Positions 29,451 to 39,251 of a stretch of DNA of 64,000 nt are shown one piece after another. A model generated the notes under the pieces. The model did not search any database. It was not told the DNA's origin and saw only the letters and a list, made by a program, of their open reading frames with translations. Made by a program: the position numbers and the translations under genes. The stretch is from an uncultured Gammaproteobacteria bacterium (lineage in GTDB: Bacteria > Patescibacteriota > Patescibacteriia > SBBC01 > CAIJZX01): the NCBI GenBank assembly GCA_964383765.1, contig CAYLHT010000004.1, positions 3,539-67,538 on the forward strand. Reading direction: 5' to 3'. Every line of letters begins with the position of its first letter. Positions within the stretch are counted from its first letter, which is position 1.

Positions 29451-29452
29451 AC

Positions 29453-29806
29453 TTATTTTTTCTCAGCGGCTGGTTTAGCCGGCGCTGCGGTCGCAGCCGC
29501 CGTTTGCGCTTGAGCGGTTTCAGCTTGCTTCATTTCCAATTCTTTCTGCATCCGACCGCCGTGACGCACGAATTTGCGGGTCGGTGAGAATTCTCCCAAG
29601 CGATGACCAACCATGTTTTCAACCACCAGTACCGAGATATGGTTCTTACCGTTGTGCACACCAAAGGTGAAGCCGACCATTGCTGGCGTAATCACCGAGT
29701 CACGTGACCAGGTTTTAATAATGGTTTTGTCACCAATTTTCAACTTGGACACCTTGGTCAGGAGTTTCGGATCAGTGAACGGACCTTTTTTAAGTGAGCG
29801 GCTCAT
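29453..29806 (-). CDS. rpsS: 30S ribosomal protein S19
   Basis: [29 protein letters not shown]. Confidence 0.98.
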   Translation of the reverse strand: MSRSLKKGPFTDPKLLTKVSKLKIGDKTIIKTWSRDSVITPAMVGFTFGVHNGKNHISVLVVENMVGHRLGEFSPTRKFVRHGGRMQKELEMKQAETAQAQTAAATAAPAKPAAEKK

Positions 29807-29809
29807 AGG

Positions 29810-30646
29810 TTAGCGTGGTCGACGAGAAATAATCCAACGATTTGAATACTTTTTGCGACGGCGGGTTTTGACGCCCAGAGCGTGCTTACCCCATGGGGTT
29901 TTCGGATACGGCATACCAATCGGGTTATGGCCTTCACCGCCGCCATGCGGGTGATCGACCGGGTTCATGGCTTTCCCACGGACCGACGGACGACGGCCTT
30001 TCCAGCGCATCCGGCCGGCTTTGCCCCAGCGGATGTTGCCATGGTCGACGTTGCTGAGTTGACCGATTGAAGCCATGGCGATTTTCGGGACTTTACGGAT
30101 TTCACCGGACGGCATTTTCAGTAAAGCGTCATCACCTTCAACGGACATGATCAGCGCGGCCGCGCCAGCTGAGCGGACAATCGCGCCGCCTTTGCCAGGG
30201 ATCAATTCAATATTGTGGACTGGAACGCCAGTTGGGATGTATTGCAGCTGGGTGCGATTGCCAGGTTGAACATCAACTTTGTTGGGTGACACCACGAGTG
30301 ACTGACCAATTTGCACGCCCAGCGGGGCCAATACTAAACTCTTCATGTGATCCGGATATTCAATCAAGGCCACGTGGGCGGAACGATTCGGATCGTACTG
30401 CACGCCGAGAACTTTGGCTGGCTGGTTGTGGCGTTGCTGTTGGAAATCAACCTGACGATAGAACCGCTTATTGCCGCCGCCGCGATGTCGGACCGTAATT
30501 TTGCCCTGGCTGTTTCGGCCGGCCGTGGTTTTGATCGTCTGCAGCAAACGCTTTGGCGCAGTTTGTTCGCCACTCAACTCAGCATAATCGTTGACCGATG
30601 AGTGGCGACGACCTGGGCTAGTGGGTTGGTAAATGCGAAGTGGCAT
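29810..30646 (-). CDS. rplB: 50S ribosomal protein L2
   Basis: GRNSQGKITVRHRGGG, YDPNRS, AMNPVDHPHGGGEG. Confidence 0.99.
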   Translation of the reverse strand: MPLRIYQPTSPGRRHSSVNDYAELSGEQTAPKRLLQTIKTTAGRNSQGKITVRHRGGGNKRFYRQVDFQQQRHNQPAKVLGVQYDPNRSAHVALIEYPDHMKSLVLAPLGVQIGQSLVVSPNKVDVQPGNRTQLQYIPTGVPVHNIELIPGKGGAIVRSAGAAALIMSVEGDDALLKMPSGEIRKVPKIAMASIGQLSNVDHGNIRWGKAGRMRWKGRRPSVRGKAMNPVDHPHGGGEGHNPIGMPYPKTPWGKHALGVKTRRRKKYSNRWIISRRPR

Positions 30647-30649
30647 AGA

Positions 30650-31114
30650 TTATTTAGCAGGGTCGATGGTTTTGCCTTCAGGTAAGGTCACCACGGCTTT
30701 GCGACGGCCAGCTGTGCGGCCGACTGATCGGCCGTAGCGCACCCATTTGCCTGGCAGATTCACGATGTTGACGCTGACTGGTCGAACGCCGTAGACATGT
30801 TGGACCGCGTGGCGAACGTCAACTTTGGTGGCTTGGTCGTGGATCATGAATGAATATTGCGATTGAGCTTGTTGGCGCGTGGTCTTTTCGGTCACGACTG
30901 GACGTAGGAGTACGCGGTTGGCTTGATGCGTTGATTCGCGAACTTGGGCTGATTTAGTAGTTTCAGTTTTAGCCACAGGTTTTTTGTCATCTTTCCCAGC
31001 CGGAACATTCGCGAAAGATTTTTGCTTGGCATCGTCAGCACTCACCTTGCCACCTTTCGGTTTGCTCGGCGTTTGTTTGCCTTTACGGCTGGTGAAGCGA
31101 TCGAAGAAGCCCAT
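30650..31114 (-). CDS. rplW: 50S ribosomal protein L23 with ~60-aa N-terminal extension
   Basis: RPVVTEK, ATKVDV, RKAVVTL. Confidence 0.95.
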   Translation of the reverse strand: MGFFDRFTSRKGKQTPSKPKGGKVSADDAKQKSFANVPAGKDDKKPVAKTETTKSAQVRESTHQANRVLLRPVVTEKTTRQQAQSQYSFMIHDQATKVDVRHAVQHVYGVRPVSVNIVNLPGKWVRYGRSVGRTAGRRKAVVTLPEGKTIDPAK

Positions 31115-31115
31115 A

Positions 31116-31745
31116 TTACTTGGCGTAGGTTTTGGAGATCACTGGGAGAGCGTCTTGCAAAACAACTAGTTGCTGGTGACGCAAGACGTCGTAGACATTC
31201 AGACTGTCGGCTCGAATGAAACTGACACCAGGAATGTTACGCCCAGATTTGATCAGAGCGTGGTTAGTCGCCGGCATCACAATCAAGTTGGTCTTGTGGT
31301 GCGGGACGGCGTTCAAGACTTTGTTGAATTCTTTGGTCTTGGGCTGGGTCAATTCGATTTTATCGACGACGGACATCCGGTCGCTCTGGGCTTTGTCACT
31401 CAGGGTCATCAGTAAGGCTTGGCGCTTGGATTGGACGTTCATCTTAATTTCAAAATTGCGATTCTTGCGCGGACCGAAGATGACGCCGCCGCCTTTCCAC
31501 TGTGGAGAGCGAATCGAACCGTGCCGGGCACGACCAGTACCTTTTTGGCGCCATGGTTTCTTACCGCCGCCACGGACTTCAGCCTTGGTCTTGGTATGGG
31601 CCAACACCGGTCGGCGACCAGCCAGAATCGTGGTGACGGCTTGCTCAATCAATCCGCGATTCGGTTTTAAGCCGAAAACTTTGGCGTCGAGCTCAACGTT
31701 GCCAATCGCTTGCCCGGTTTGATTATAAAGTTTCGCGGACGACAT
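31116..31745 (-). CDS. rplD: 50S ribosomal protein L4
   Basis: EVRGGGKKPWRQKGTGRARHGSIRSP. Confidence 0.98.
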   Translation of the reverse strand: MSSAKLYNQTGQAIGNVELDAKVFGLKPNRGLIEQAVTTILAGRRPVLAHTKTKAEVRGGGKKPWRQKGTGRARHGSIRSPQWKGGGVIFGPRKNRNFEIKMNVQSKRQALLMTLSDKAQSDRMSVVDKIELTQPKTKEFNKVLNAVPHHKTNLIVMPATNHALIKSGRNIPGVSFIRADSLNVYDVLRHQQLVVLQDALPVISKTYAK

Positions 31746-31746
31746 A

Positions 31747-32352
31747 TTACTTCGAGATGATTGTCACGAAACCGTTAAAGGGGCCAGGAACGGCACCTTT
31801 CAACCACAGTTCATGTCCTTCGGCGTTGACTTTGACCACTTCCAGATTCTTGACCGTGACTTTCGCGTTCCCCATCCGACCGGCCATCCGCGTGCCTTTC
31901 ATGACGTGCTGCGGGAAGGTGGCGCCGATCGAACCGGGAGCGCGCAAGTTATCTTTGTGACCATGCGAGGCCGGACCGCCTTTGAAATGGTGGCGCTTGA
32001 CGACGCCGGCGTAGCCGCGGCCTTTTGAGGTGCCCGTGACTTGCACAACGTCACCCGGTTGGAATTGGGTGACGTCAATCTTGTCGCCTTTACTCTTGCC
32101 GTCCGCATTGCGAATTTCACGCACGCGCGTAAAGCTGCCGAGCTCTTTCCATTCTTCCCGCTGAGCCTTGGCCAGCCGCGAGGCTTTGCGCTTGCCTTGA
32201 CCCAGTTGTAGGGCGGTGTAGCCGCCCGCGTCGGCCGTCCGGACGCCGGTCACGACGTTCGGTTCAGCTTTGACCACGGTCACCGGTACGACGCGCCCGT
32301 CGTCGGCGAAGACCTGGGTCATCTGCTTTTTTTGGCCGAGGATGAATTTCAC
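31747..32352 (-). CDS. rplC: 50S ribosomal protein L3
   Basis: GQKKQMTQVF, SKGRGYAGVVKRH, GAVPG. Confidence 0.98.
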   Translation of the reverse strand: MKFILGQKKQMTQVFADDGRVVPVTVVKAEPNVVTGVRTADAGGYTALQLGQGKRKASRLAKAQREEWKELGSFTRVREIRNADGKSKGDKIDVTQFQPGDVVQVTGTSKGRGYAGVVKRHHFKGGPASHGHKDNLRAPGSIGATFPQHVMKGTRMAGRMGNAKVTVKNLEVVKVNAEGHELWLKGAVPGPFNGFVTIISK

Positions 32353-32540
32353 AAATGAGAAGTTAGAGATTGGAAGTTAGGGGTTGGAGGTGGGAAATTG
32401 GAGAAGGTACGAAACACCGCTTGGGCCGTCATTAGGCACCGCAAGCGGTGTTCATGATGGCGACCGTTGTCCGGGGATTACGACAGCGAGTACTGGTCTT
32501 GTCATCCCTGGAACTAATCGTCGGATGGATTGTGTAATGA

Positions 32541-32888
32541 TTAGGACTTGATCTCGATATCGACGCCGGCTGGCAAGGTCAGTGAGGTCAGTGCGTCCAC
32601 CGTTTTGGGCGTCGGGTCGACGATGTCGACTAAGCGCTTGTGAGTTCGCATTTCGTATTGCTCACGTGAATTCTTGTGAGCAAACGAGCTGCGAATGACG
32701 GTGTACTTGCTGCGCTCGGTTGGGAGCGGAACTGGACCTTTGATACTGGCGCCAGTTCTCAGGGCCGTTTCAATAATCGTTTTGGTTGATTGATCGATGA
32801 TCTTGTGATCATAGGCCCGAATCTTGATGCGGAGGCGCTGGTGCTGTTCTTCCTCGGTTGAGGTTTTCGGTTGCGGTGCGTCGGGCAT
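32541..32888 (-). CDS. rpsJ: 30S ribosomal protein S10
   Basis: [29 protein letters not shown]. Confidence 0.98.
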   Translation of the reverse strand: MPDAPQPKTSTEEEQHQRLRIKIRAYDHKIIDQSTKTIIETALRTGASIKGPVPLPTERSKYTVIRSSFAHKNSREQYEMRTHKRLVDIVDPTPKTVDALTSLTLPAGVDIEIKS

Positions 32889-32915
32889 GGGAAGGAGCGG
32901 CTGAGTTATGAGAGA

Positions 32916-34103
<1,188 letters not shown>

Positions 34104-34163
34104 TGGGGCTCAATCCTACGGGGTTAAACAATTGCTTGGAAACTAAACGAAAACGCAGGTCGG

Positions 34164-34192
34164 AGTATATCAGGATGGCCGCTAAATGGCAA
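34164..34192 (-). promoter_or_regulatory. Promoter of the tuf/S10 operon
   Basis: TTGCCA-17nt-TATACT on the - strand. Confidence 0.65.
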
Positions 34193-34284
34193 GGTAGACA
34201 TGATTCGAACCTAATCTTAGAAAATGGAAATTGATTTTTTTACCTAAGATTAGCCAAAAAGTAGCATTTTCAAGAACATAATTA

Positions 34285-34609
34285 GGGGCCCAATTGTCTT
34301 TCGACGTTCGGGCCCCATGCTGCGGACGACTCTTCGAGAAACCTCGACAGTTTTGGCTGGTGTGACCCAACCGGACCGTACGTGATTTTGCCTAGTGGCA
34401 ACTGTTTCCGACTGATCGGATAGGCGTTTGGCTTTTGAGGGCCTCAGACCTTTCACCCGTTCGGCCGGATCAGCCTTGCTTGTTTCCACCTCATGGTGGC
34501 CGGCGTTAGGTCTCCCCAACACTGACCTTCCCTGTGCGGGTCGCCCGTCCCCTTGCGGGATCGTGGCCTCTCGCCAGATGGATTTAGCTACGAAGGACTT
34601 CCGCTGCGT
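34285..34609 (-). ncRNA. Candidate ~325-nt highly structured non-coding RNA of unknown family
   Basis: End-to-end closing helix, about 8 hairpins, GNRA tetraloops (GCAA, GAGA, GAAA), G-U pairs on the - strand, own promoter. Confidence 0.65.
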
Positions 34610-34616
34610 GAAAAGA

Positions 34617-34645
34617 AGGATACTGTGGCCATCAAATCACCGCAA
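34617..34645 (-). promoter_or_regulatory. Promoter of candidate ncRNA
   Basis: TTGCGG-17nt-TATCCT; identical hexamers at 57464-57492. Confidence 0.55.
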
Positions 34646-34746
34646 CCCCGCCTATCAACGACCTACCCCCAGGTTTTTCCCCGGAGTTGTTCACAGGTTA
34701 TTCAGAAAAAAGCCGCTGAAATGGATCGGCGGCTAGAGACAAGAGT

Positions 34747-35322
34747 TTAGAGTTTTCCAGTACGACGGTACTTTTTCCACTTGGGCTCCCACCACTCGCG
34801 GAAAATACACAGGAGGATTTCGTCGTAGTAGCGCCCGCGCCGATAGAACTGCTTTCGGCGGCGACCCTCAACTCGATACCCGCACTTCTGGTTGTAAGCC
34901 GCGCTCCGCCCGTTGAAGGCGAAGCAGGCGGAACAGATTTTGCGGAGATTGAGTGTGTTGAAGGCGTAGCCGAGCAACGCCATCTTCGCGTCTTGGCCGA
35001 AGCCTTTCCCCCAGTAGGCTTTATCGCCAAAGGCCGCGCCGGTCGTCGCCACTCGACTGACCCAGTCGATCCGATGCAAGCCCATCAATCCAATCGGGGT
35101 GCCGTCTTTCGTTTCAACCATCAACACAACATCGTTGGGACGCTTGTCTAGTCCTTCTACCCAGGCGATTTCTGCCCCTTCGGTGAACGGCATAACGGCT
35201 GTCAGAAATAGTCGTACCTCTGGATCATTCATCCACCGTACCAACAGCGGCACATCCGTCTTATTGACCGGACGCAACACAGTCTTTCGTCCACGTAGGA
35301 ACACTACTCGATTCTTTTCCAT
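34747..35322 (-). CDS. GNAT N-acetyltransferase (RimJ/RimL family)
   Basis: LRPV...D..LLVRWMNDPEV, YWGKGFG, YAFNTLNLRKI, N.RS....KCGY..EG; start set at the ATG after AAGGAG. Confidence 0.9.
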   Translation of the reverse strand: MEKNRVVFLRGRKTVLRPVNKTDVPLLVRWMNDPEVRLFLTAVMPFTEGAEIAWVEGLDKRPNDVVLMVETKDGTPIGLMGLHRIDWVSRVATTGAAFGDKAYWGKGFGQDAKMALLGYAFNTLNLRKICSACFAFNGRSAAYNQKCGYRVEGRRRKQFYRRGRYYDEILLCIFREWWEPKWKKYRRTGKL

Positions 35323-35408
35323 CTCCATTCTCCTTTTGACAAGGTACACATCCAAAACACCCGGTCGCAGGTTGCGCCGGGGCGGGTAGTGAACGTTATG
35401 AAAATGCT

Positions 35409-35504
35409 TTACTTTCGCATCCAATCCACCACCAGCCCGGGCGCAACGGTCGCGCAGCCCGAGTGTTTGATATCCAGCCAATATTGGCGGGTAGTGGTGA
35501 ACAT
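35409..35504 (-). CDS. Putative 31-aa leader peptide MFTTTRQYWLDIKHSGCATVAPGLVVDWMRK
   Basis: Short ORF directly after TTGACT-17-TAAGGT, within an alternatively pairing leader. Confidence 0.45.
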   Translation of the reverse strand: MFTTTRQYWLDIKHSGCATVAPGLVVDWMRK

Positions 35505-35569
35505 AGTTTCAGCACCTTACTAAATCATCAGACCAAAGTCAAGAATGGCTGAAAAAATCTGCCTGGGTT

Positions 35570-36169
35570 TTACTGTAAGTGAGAAACGTCATTCAAATGA
35601 ATAACGCTTGCCCGACCGGTCGGATGAACATCCAGAATAGTCACGCTCGTATTGCCGAGCAGAAAATTTTGCCCGCCGATGTCAGCTCCGTCTTCGACCG
35701 CCGCTTCGAGTAACGTGAATAAAAGCACGCCATGACTGACCACCACGAGTGTTTCATCTAAATGTTTTGCCTTGGCGATATTGAACCACTTGATTGCTCG
35801 GGTCTTCACGTCATCAATCGATTCGCCTCCTGGAATCCTTTTCTTACGATCGATTTTCTTTTGCGTATTACCAATATCATCGTCTGGATGAATCGGCTTC
35901 CCGGTCATCTCGCCGGCGTTCCGTTCGCGGAGCAGGAGATCATAGACCAATTTCACCTTGGGATGATGAGACACAATTTCTTTGGCGGTAAAGTTCGCGC
36001 GCTGGAGATCGCTCGAATACACAATGTCAATTTTCTGTTTTGCCAAACGTTCTCCTACTCGTCTAGCTTGTTGTCGCCCGTTGTCATTCAACGGCACATC
36101 GCTCTGGCCAATGTGCGTATTGGTTCGATTGTGATCCGTTTCGCCGTGCCGAACGAGAATGAGTTTCAT
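35570..36169 (-). CDS. Histidine phosphatase (phosphoglycerate mutase family)
   Basis: LVRHGET, SSDLQRA, LRE, PGGES, VVSHG. Confidence 0.93.
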   Translation of the reverse strand: MKLILVRHGETDHNRTNTHIGQSDVPLNDNGRQQARRVGERLAKQKIDIVYSSDLQRANFTAKEIVSHHPKVKLVYDLLLRERNAGEMTGKPIHPDDDIGNTQKKIDRKKRIPGGESIDDVKTRAIKWFNIAKAKHLDETLVVVSHGVLLFTLLEAAVEDGADIGGQNFLLGNTSVTILDVHPTGRASVIHLNDVSHLQ

Positions 36170-36225
36170 AGTGCTATCATAACACACCACCGATTCTACA
36201 ACCGATGGTGCGCTCAAGTAGAATA

Positions 36226-38301
36226 CTATTTCGCCTTTTCGCCAACTATCTCCTGTGCCACGTTCCGCGGCACTTCGGCGTAGTGCGAGAATTCCATGGA
36301 GTAGGACGCGCGACCTTGGGTCATCGAGCGCAAACTCGTAGCGTAGCCGAACATTTCGCCCAGCGGCACTTCCGCGTCAATCACTTTCGCTTGACCGCGG
36401 TCAGTCATTTCTTTGATGGTCGCGCGTTTGGCGTTCAAGTCGCCGATCACGTCACCCATGAACTGTTCCGGCGTAATGGCTTCGACTTTCATGATTGGTT
36501 CGAGCAGGACTGGCTTGGCTTTACGGCAGGCTTCCTTGAAGCCCATCGAGCCGGCGATTTTGAAGGCGGCTTCGGATGAGTCAACGTCGTGGTAACTGCC
36601 ATCATAGACCGCGGCTTTGATGTCGACCATCGGATAGCCGGCCACCACGCCGCTATCCATGGCTTCCTTAATCCCTTTGTTGATTGGCGTGATGAACTCT
36701 TTCGGAATTGAGCCGCCTTTGACTTCGTCGATGAACTCATAACCTTTGCCGGCTTCATTCGGTTCCACGCGGATCCAGCAGTGACCGTACTGCCCGCGAC
36801 CACCGGACTGTTTGATGTACTTGCCTTCACCTTCGGCAGTTTGGGTGATGGTTTCACGGTAGGCGACGCGCGGCTTACCGACGTTTGCTTCAACTTTGAA
36901 TTCGCGTTTCATCCGGTCGACAATGATGTCGAGGTGGAGTTCGCCCATGCCGGAAATAATCGTCTGCGCGGTTTCTTCATCACTACGAACCCGGAAGGTC
37001 GGATCTTCTTCTGCCAAGCGGGACAAGGCAATGCCCATCTTCTCTTGATCCTGTTTGGTCTTGGGTTCGATCGCGATATCAATCACCGGTTCAGGGAAGA
37101 CGATGTTCTCGAGTTTGATCGGATGATCAGGATCGCAGAGTGAGTCACCGGTGACCGTGCCTTTCAAACCGACAGCCGCCGCGATTTCTCCGGCATAGAC
37201 ATGATCAACATCTTCGCGGGAATTGGCGTGTAGACGCACAATCCGGCCGATGCGCTCTCTGTCCCCGGTGGTGGTGTTGAGCACATAGCTCCCGGCCGCT
37301 AGATTACCAGCATAGACACGGAAGAAGGCGAGTTTGCCGACGAATGGATCGGTAGCAATCTTAAAAGCCAGGGCGGTGAACGGTGCATCGTCACTGGTTG
37401 GACGTTCAATCTCGGCTTCCGTTTTCGGATCCGTGCCTTTGACCGGCGGAATGTCGAGCGGTGAGGGCAGGAAATCATTGACCGCATCGAGTAAAAATTG
37501 CACGCCTTTGTTCTTCAAGGCTGAGCCGCACAGGATTGGAACCAGAGTATTGCTGATGACAGCTTTGCGGAGAGCAGCTTTTAATTCCGGCACGCCCGGC
37601 TCTGTTCCACCCAGATACTGTTCAAGTAACTTGTCGTCGGTTTCACAAATGGCTTCCACGAGTTTGTGGCGGTATTCCTCAACTTTGTCTTTCATGTCGG
37701 CCGGGACGTCAACCTGCTCGAACTCTTTTCCCATTTCGTCTTTGTAGATTTCGGCTTTGCGGTCGAACAAATCGATAATGCCTTGGAAGGTGTCGGCCGC
37801 GCCAATTGGCAACAGGGTAGGGTAGGCTCGCGTCGTCAATCGGTCGTGAATTGATTTCACTTCATTGTAAAAATCCGCACCCATCCGGTCCATTTTGTTG
37901 ATGAAACAAATCCGCGGCACGTTGTACTTTTCCGCTTGGTGCCAAACTGTTTCGGATTGCGGTTCAACGCCGGCGACACCATCGAAGACAACGACGCCGC
38001 CATCGAGAACACGAAGTGAGCGTTGGACTTCCACGGTAAAGTCAATGTGCCCCGGGGTGTCGATCAGGTTAATCCGGTGATCTTTCCAGAAACAAGTCGT
38101 GGCGGCAGCAGTGATAGTAATCCCACGTTCTTTTTCCTGCTCCATCCAGTCCATTTCAGCTGCGCCTTCGTGGACTTCACCAATTTTGTGCTTCTTGCCA
38201 GTGTAAACCAAAATCCGCTCGGGGTCCGTGGTTTTTCCAGCATTGATGTGGGCGTTGATTCCGATGTTCCGAGTTTGTTCGAGAGAGTATTCGCGGGGCA
38301 T
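36226..38301 (-). CDS. fusA: Elongation factor G
   Basis: [46 protein letters not shown]; atypical P-loop region. Confidence 0.98.
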   Translation of the reverse strand: MPREYSLEQTRNIGINAHINAGKTTDPERILVYTGKKHKIGEVHEGAAEMDWMEQEKERGITITAAATTCFWKDHRINLIDTPGHIDFTVEVQRSLRVLDGGVVVFDGVAGVEPQSETVWHQAEKYNVPRICFINKMDRMGADFYNEVKSIHDRLTTRAYPTLLPIGAADTFQGIIDLFDRKAEIYKDEMGKEFEQVDVPADMKDKVEEYRHKLVEAICETDDKLLEQYLGGTEPGVPELKAALRKAVISNTLVPILCGSALKNKGVQFLLDAVNDFLPSPLDIPPVKGTDPKTEAEIERPTSDDAPFTALAFKIATDPFVGKLAFFRVYAGNLAAGSYVLNTTTGDRERIGRIVRLHANSREDVDHVYAGEIAAAVGLKGTVTGDSLCDPDHPIKLENIVFPEPVIDIAIEPKTKQDQEKMGIALSRLAEEDPTFRVRSDEETAQTIISGMGELHLDIIVDRMKREFKVEANVGKPRVAYRETITQTAEGEGKYIKQSGGRGQYGHCWIRVEPNEAGKGYEFIDEVKGGSIPKEFITPINKGIKEAMDSGVVAGYPMVDIKAAVYDGSYHDVDSSEAAFKIAGSMGFKEACRKAKPVLLEPIMKVEAITPEQFMGDVIGDLNAKRATIKEMTDRGQAKVIDAEVPLGEMFGYATSLRSMTQGRASYSMEFSHYAEVPRNVAQEIVGEKAK

Positions 38302-38311
38302 AGGGGTTGAA

Positions 38312-38392
38312 TGTCATTTCGACGAGCCTACGAGGAGAAATCTATGTTGTGGAATTCGCAATACAGATTTCTCGCTGTTGCTCGAAATGACA
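38312..38392. repeat. Palindromic REP/MITE-like repeat, copy 3
   Basis: TGTCATTTCGA...GAGAAATCT...AGATTTCTCG...CTCGAAATGACA. Confidence 0.85.
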
Positions 38393-38399
38393 GTGTATA

Positions 38400-39251
38400 T
38401 TATTTCTTGACTAAATCAATAAGTTCTTGCAAAGTTTTCTGGGTCGTCGGGCCAGTCTCCTTATCCATGCTGGCGGTCAGGATTTTTTTGGTCTGATGAA
38501 GGTACCAGGCACCGGGTTCCTGGGTGTTCAGGGTTTGATATATTTCTGACAGATCGACCGTGCTATTCGGCTGCCCCCGGAAATCACCGAAGGCTTTGGT
38601 CGGGTCAGTCTGCACTCGGAGGACAAAGCCATGATGGTAGGCTTCAACATCACTGCCGCGGAAGGTGGAGTGGAGGCCAACGGCTTTTCCCCATTTCGTT
38701 TGAAACTCAATGCGTTGGTCCCATTCAGCCAGAAATCGTGCGCGTTGGTTGAGCTGTTCAACCAAGCCGTCAATCAGCTGTAATCCAAATCGCATCATCA
38801 CGTTATCGGGGTCCTGCAGTTTCTGTTTCTTCGCCGCCCAAATATTTTTTTGAACCGCCCACACCCCTCGCAAGATCGATGGGATCGAGAAGCTGCTGGC
38901 ATGCGCATCGTTCAACTCCCATTGCGCGGTGTCCTCTTTGTGAGCAAAATCCACTAACCACTCGAGCGCTTTATCTTCAAATCGGTCATTCGGGATCAAG
39001 CCGCGGTGAAGTAAATCTTCGTACACTAATTTCGTCGCAGATTGACCAGCTTTCATTCCGTGTTCATCGTATTTGCCACGTCCAATCCCGAGCGGCACCA
39101 TATTTTTTCCGGGTGGCATTGTCCCACCGGTTGGCGTATTGGCCACAAAGTAAAAATCGCAATCAGCGAAAGTCGGATCAAAGGTTCGCAACAACCAGCT
39201 CGCGACGACTTCGTCGAGGTGGGGACGACGATGCGTGACGATGGTGATCAT
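38400..39251 (-). CDS. MYG1/DHH-like metal-dependent hydrolase
   Basis: N-terminal IVTH..PHLDEV and GIGRGKYDEH motifs resemble MYG1 THxxxFHxDE and D.G.G.FDHH; ATGA overlap at 39248-39251. Confidence 0.55.
   Translation of the reverse strand: MITIVTHRRPHLDEVVASWLLRTFDPTFADCDFYFVANTPTGGTMPPGKNMVPLGIGRGKYDEHGMKAGQSATKLVYEDLLHRGLIPNDRFEDKALEWLVDFAHKEDTAQWELNDAHASSFSIPSILRGVWAVQKNIWAAKKQKLQDPDNVMMRFGLQLIDGLVEQLNQRARFLAEWDQRIEFQTKWGKAVGLHSTFRGSDVEAYHHGFVLRVQTDPTKAFGDFRGQPNSTVDLSEIYQTLNTQEPGAWYLHQTKKILTASMDKETGPTTQKTLQELIDLVKK

Noticed and set aside
34285-34316. GGGGCCCAATTGTCTTTCGAC resembles a tmRNA 5' end on the + strand
   Set aside because: It closes locally with GGGCCCC, and no T-arm/CCA 3' end or tag ORF follows; structural cues favour the - strand.
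34373-34384. CACGTACGGTCC (- strand) resembles the 3' side of group II intron domain V
   Set aside because: There is no matching 5' side with the catalytic triad at the right spacing, no GUGCG 5' end and no maturase.
34595-34604. GGAAGUCC (- strand) resembles RNase P RNA CR-I
   Set aside because: It lacks the full GAGGAAAGUCC, and no CR-V (ACAGAA..CGGCUUA) partner is present.
34687-34706. DnaA-box-like 9-mers (also TGTGGAT near 14742) suggesting oriC
   Set aside because: Only one or two degenerate boxes, with no cluster, AT-rich unwinding element or dnaA nearby.
38206-38256. Diversity-generating retroelement as the cause of the fusA substitutions
   Set aside because: No reverse transcriptase or template repeat is in the window and the target is an essential N-terminal motif; sequence error is more parsimonious.
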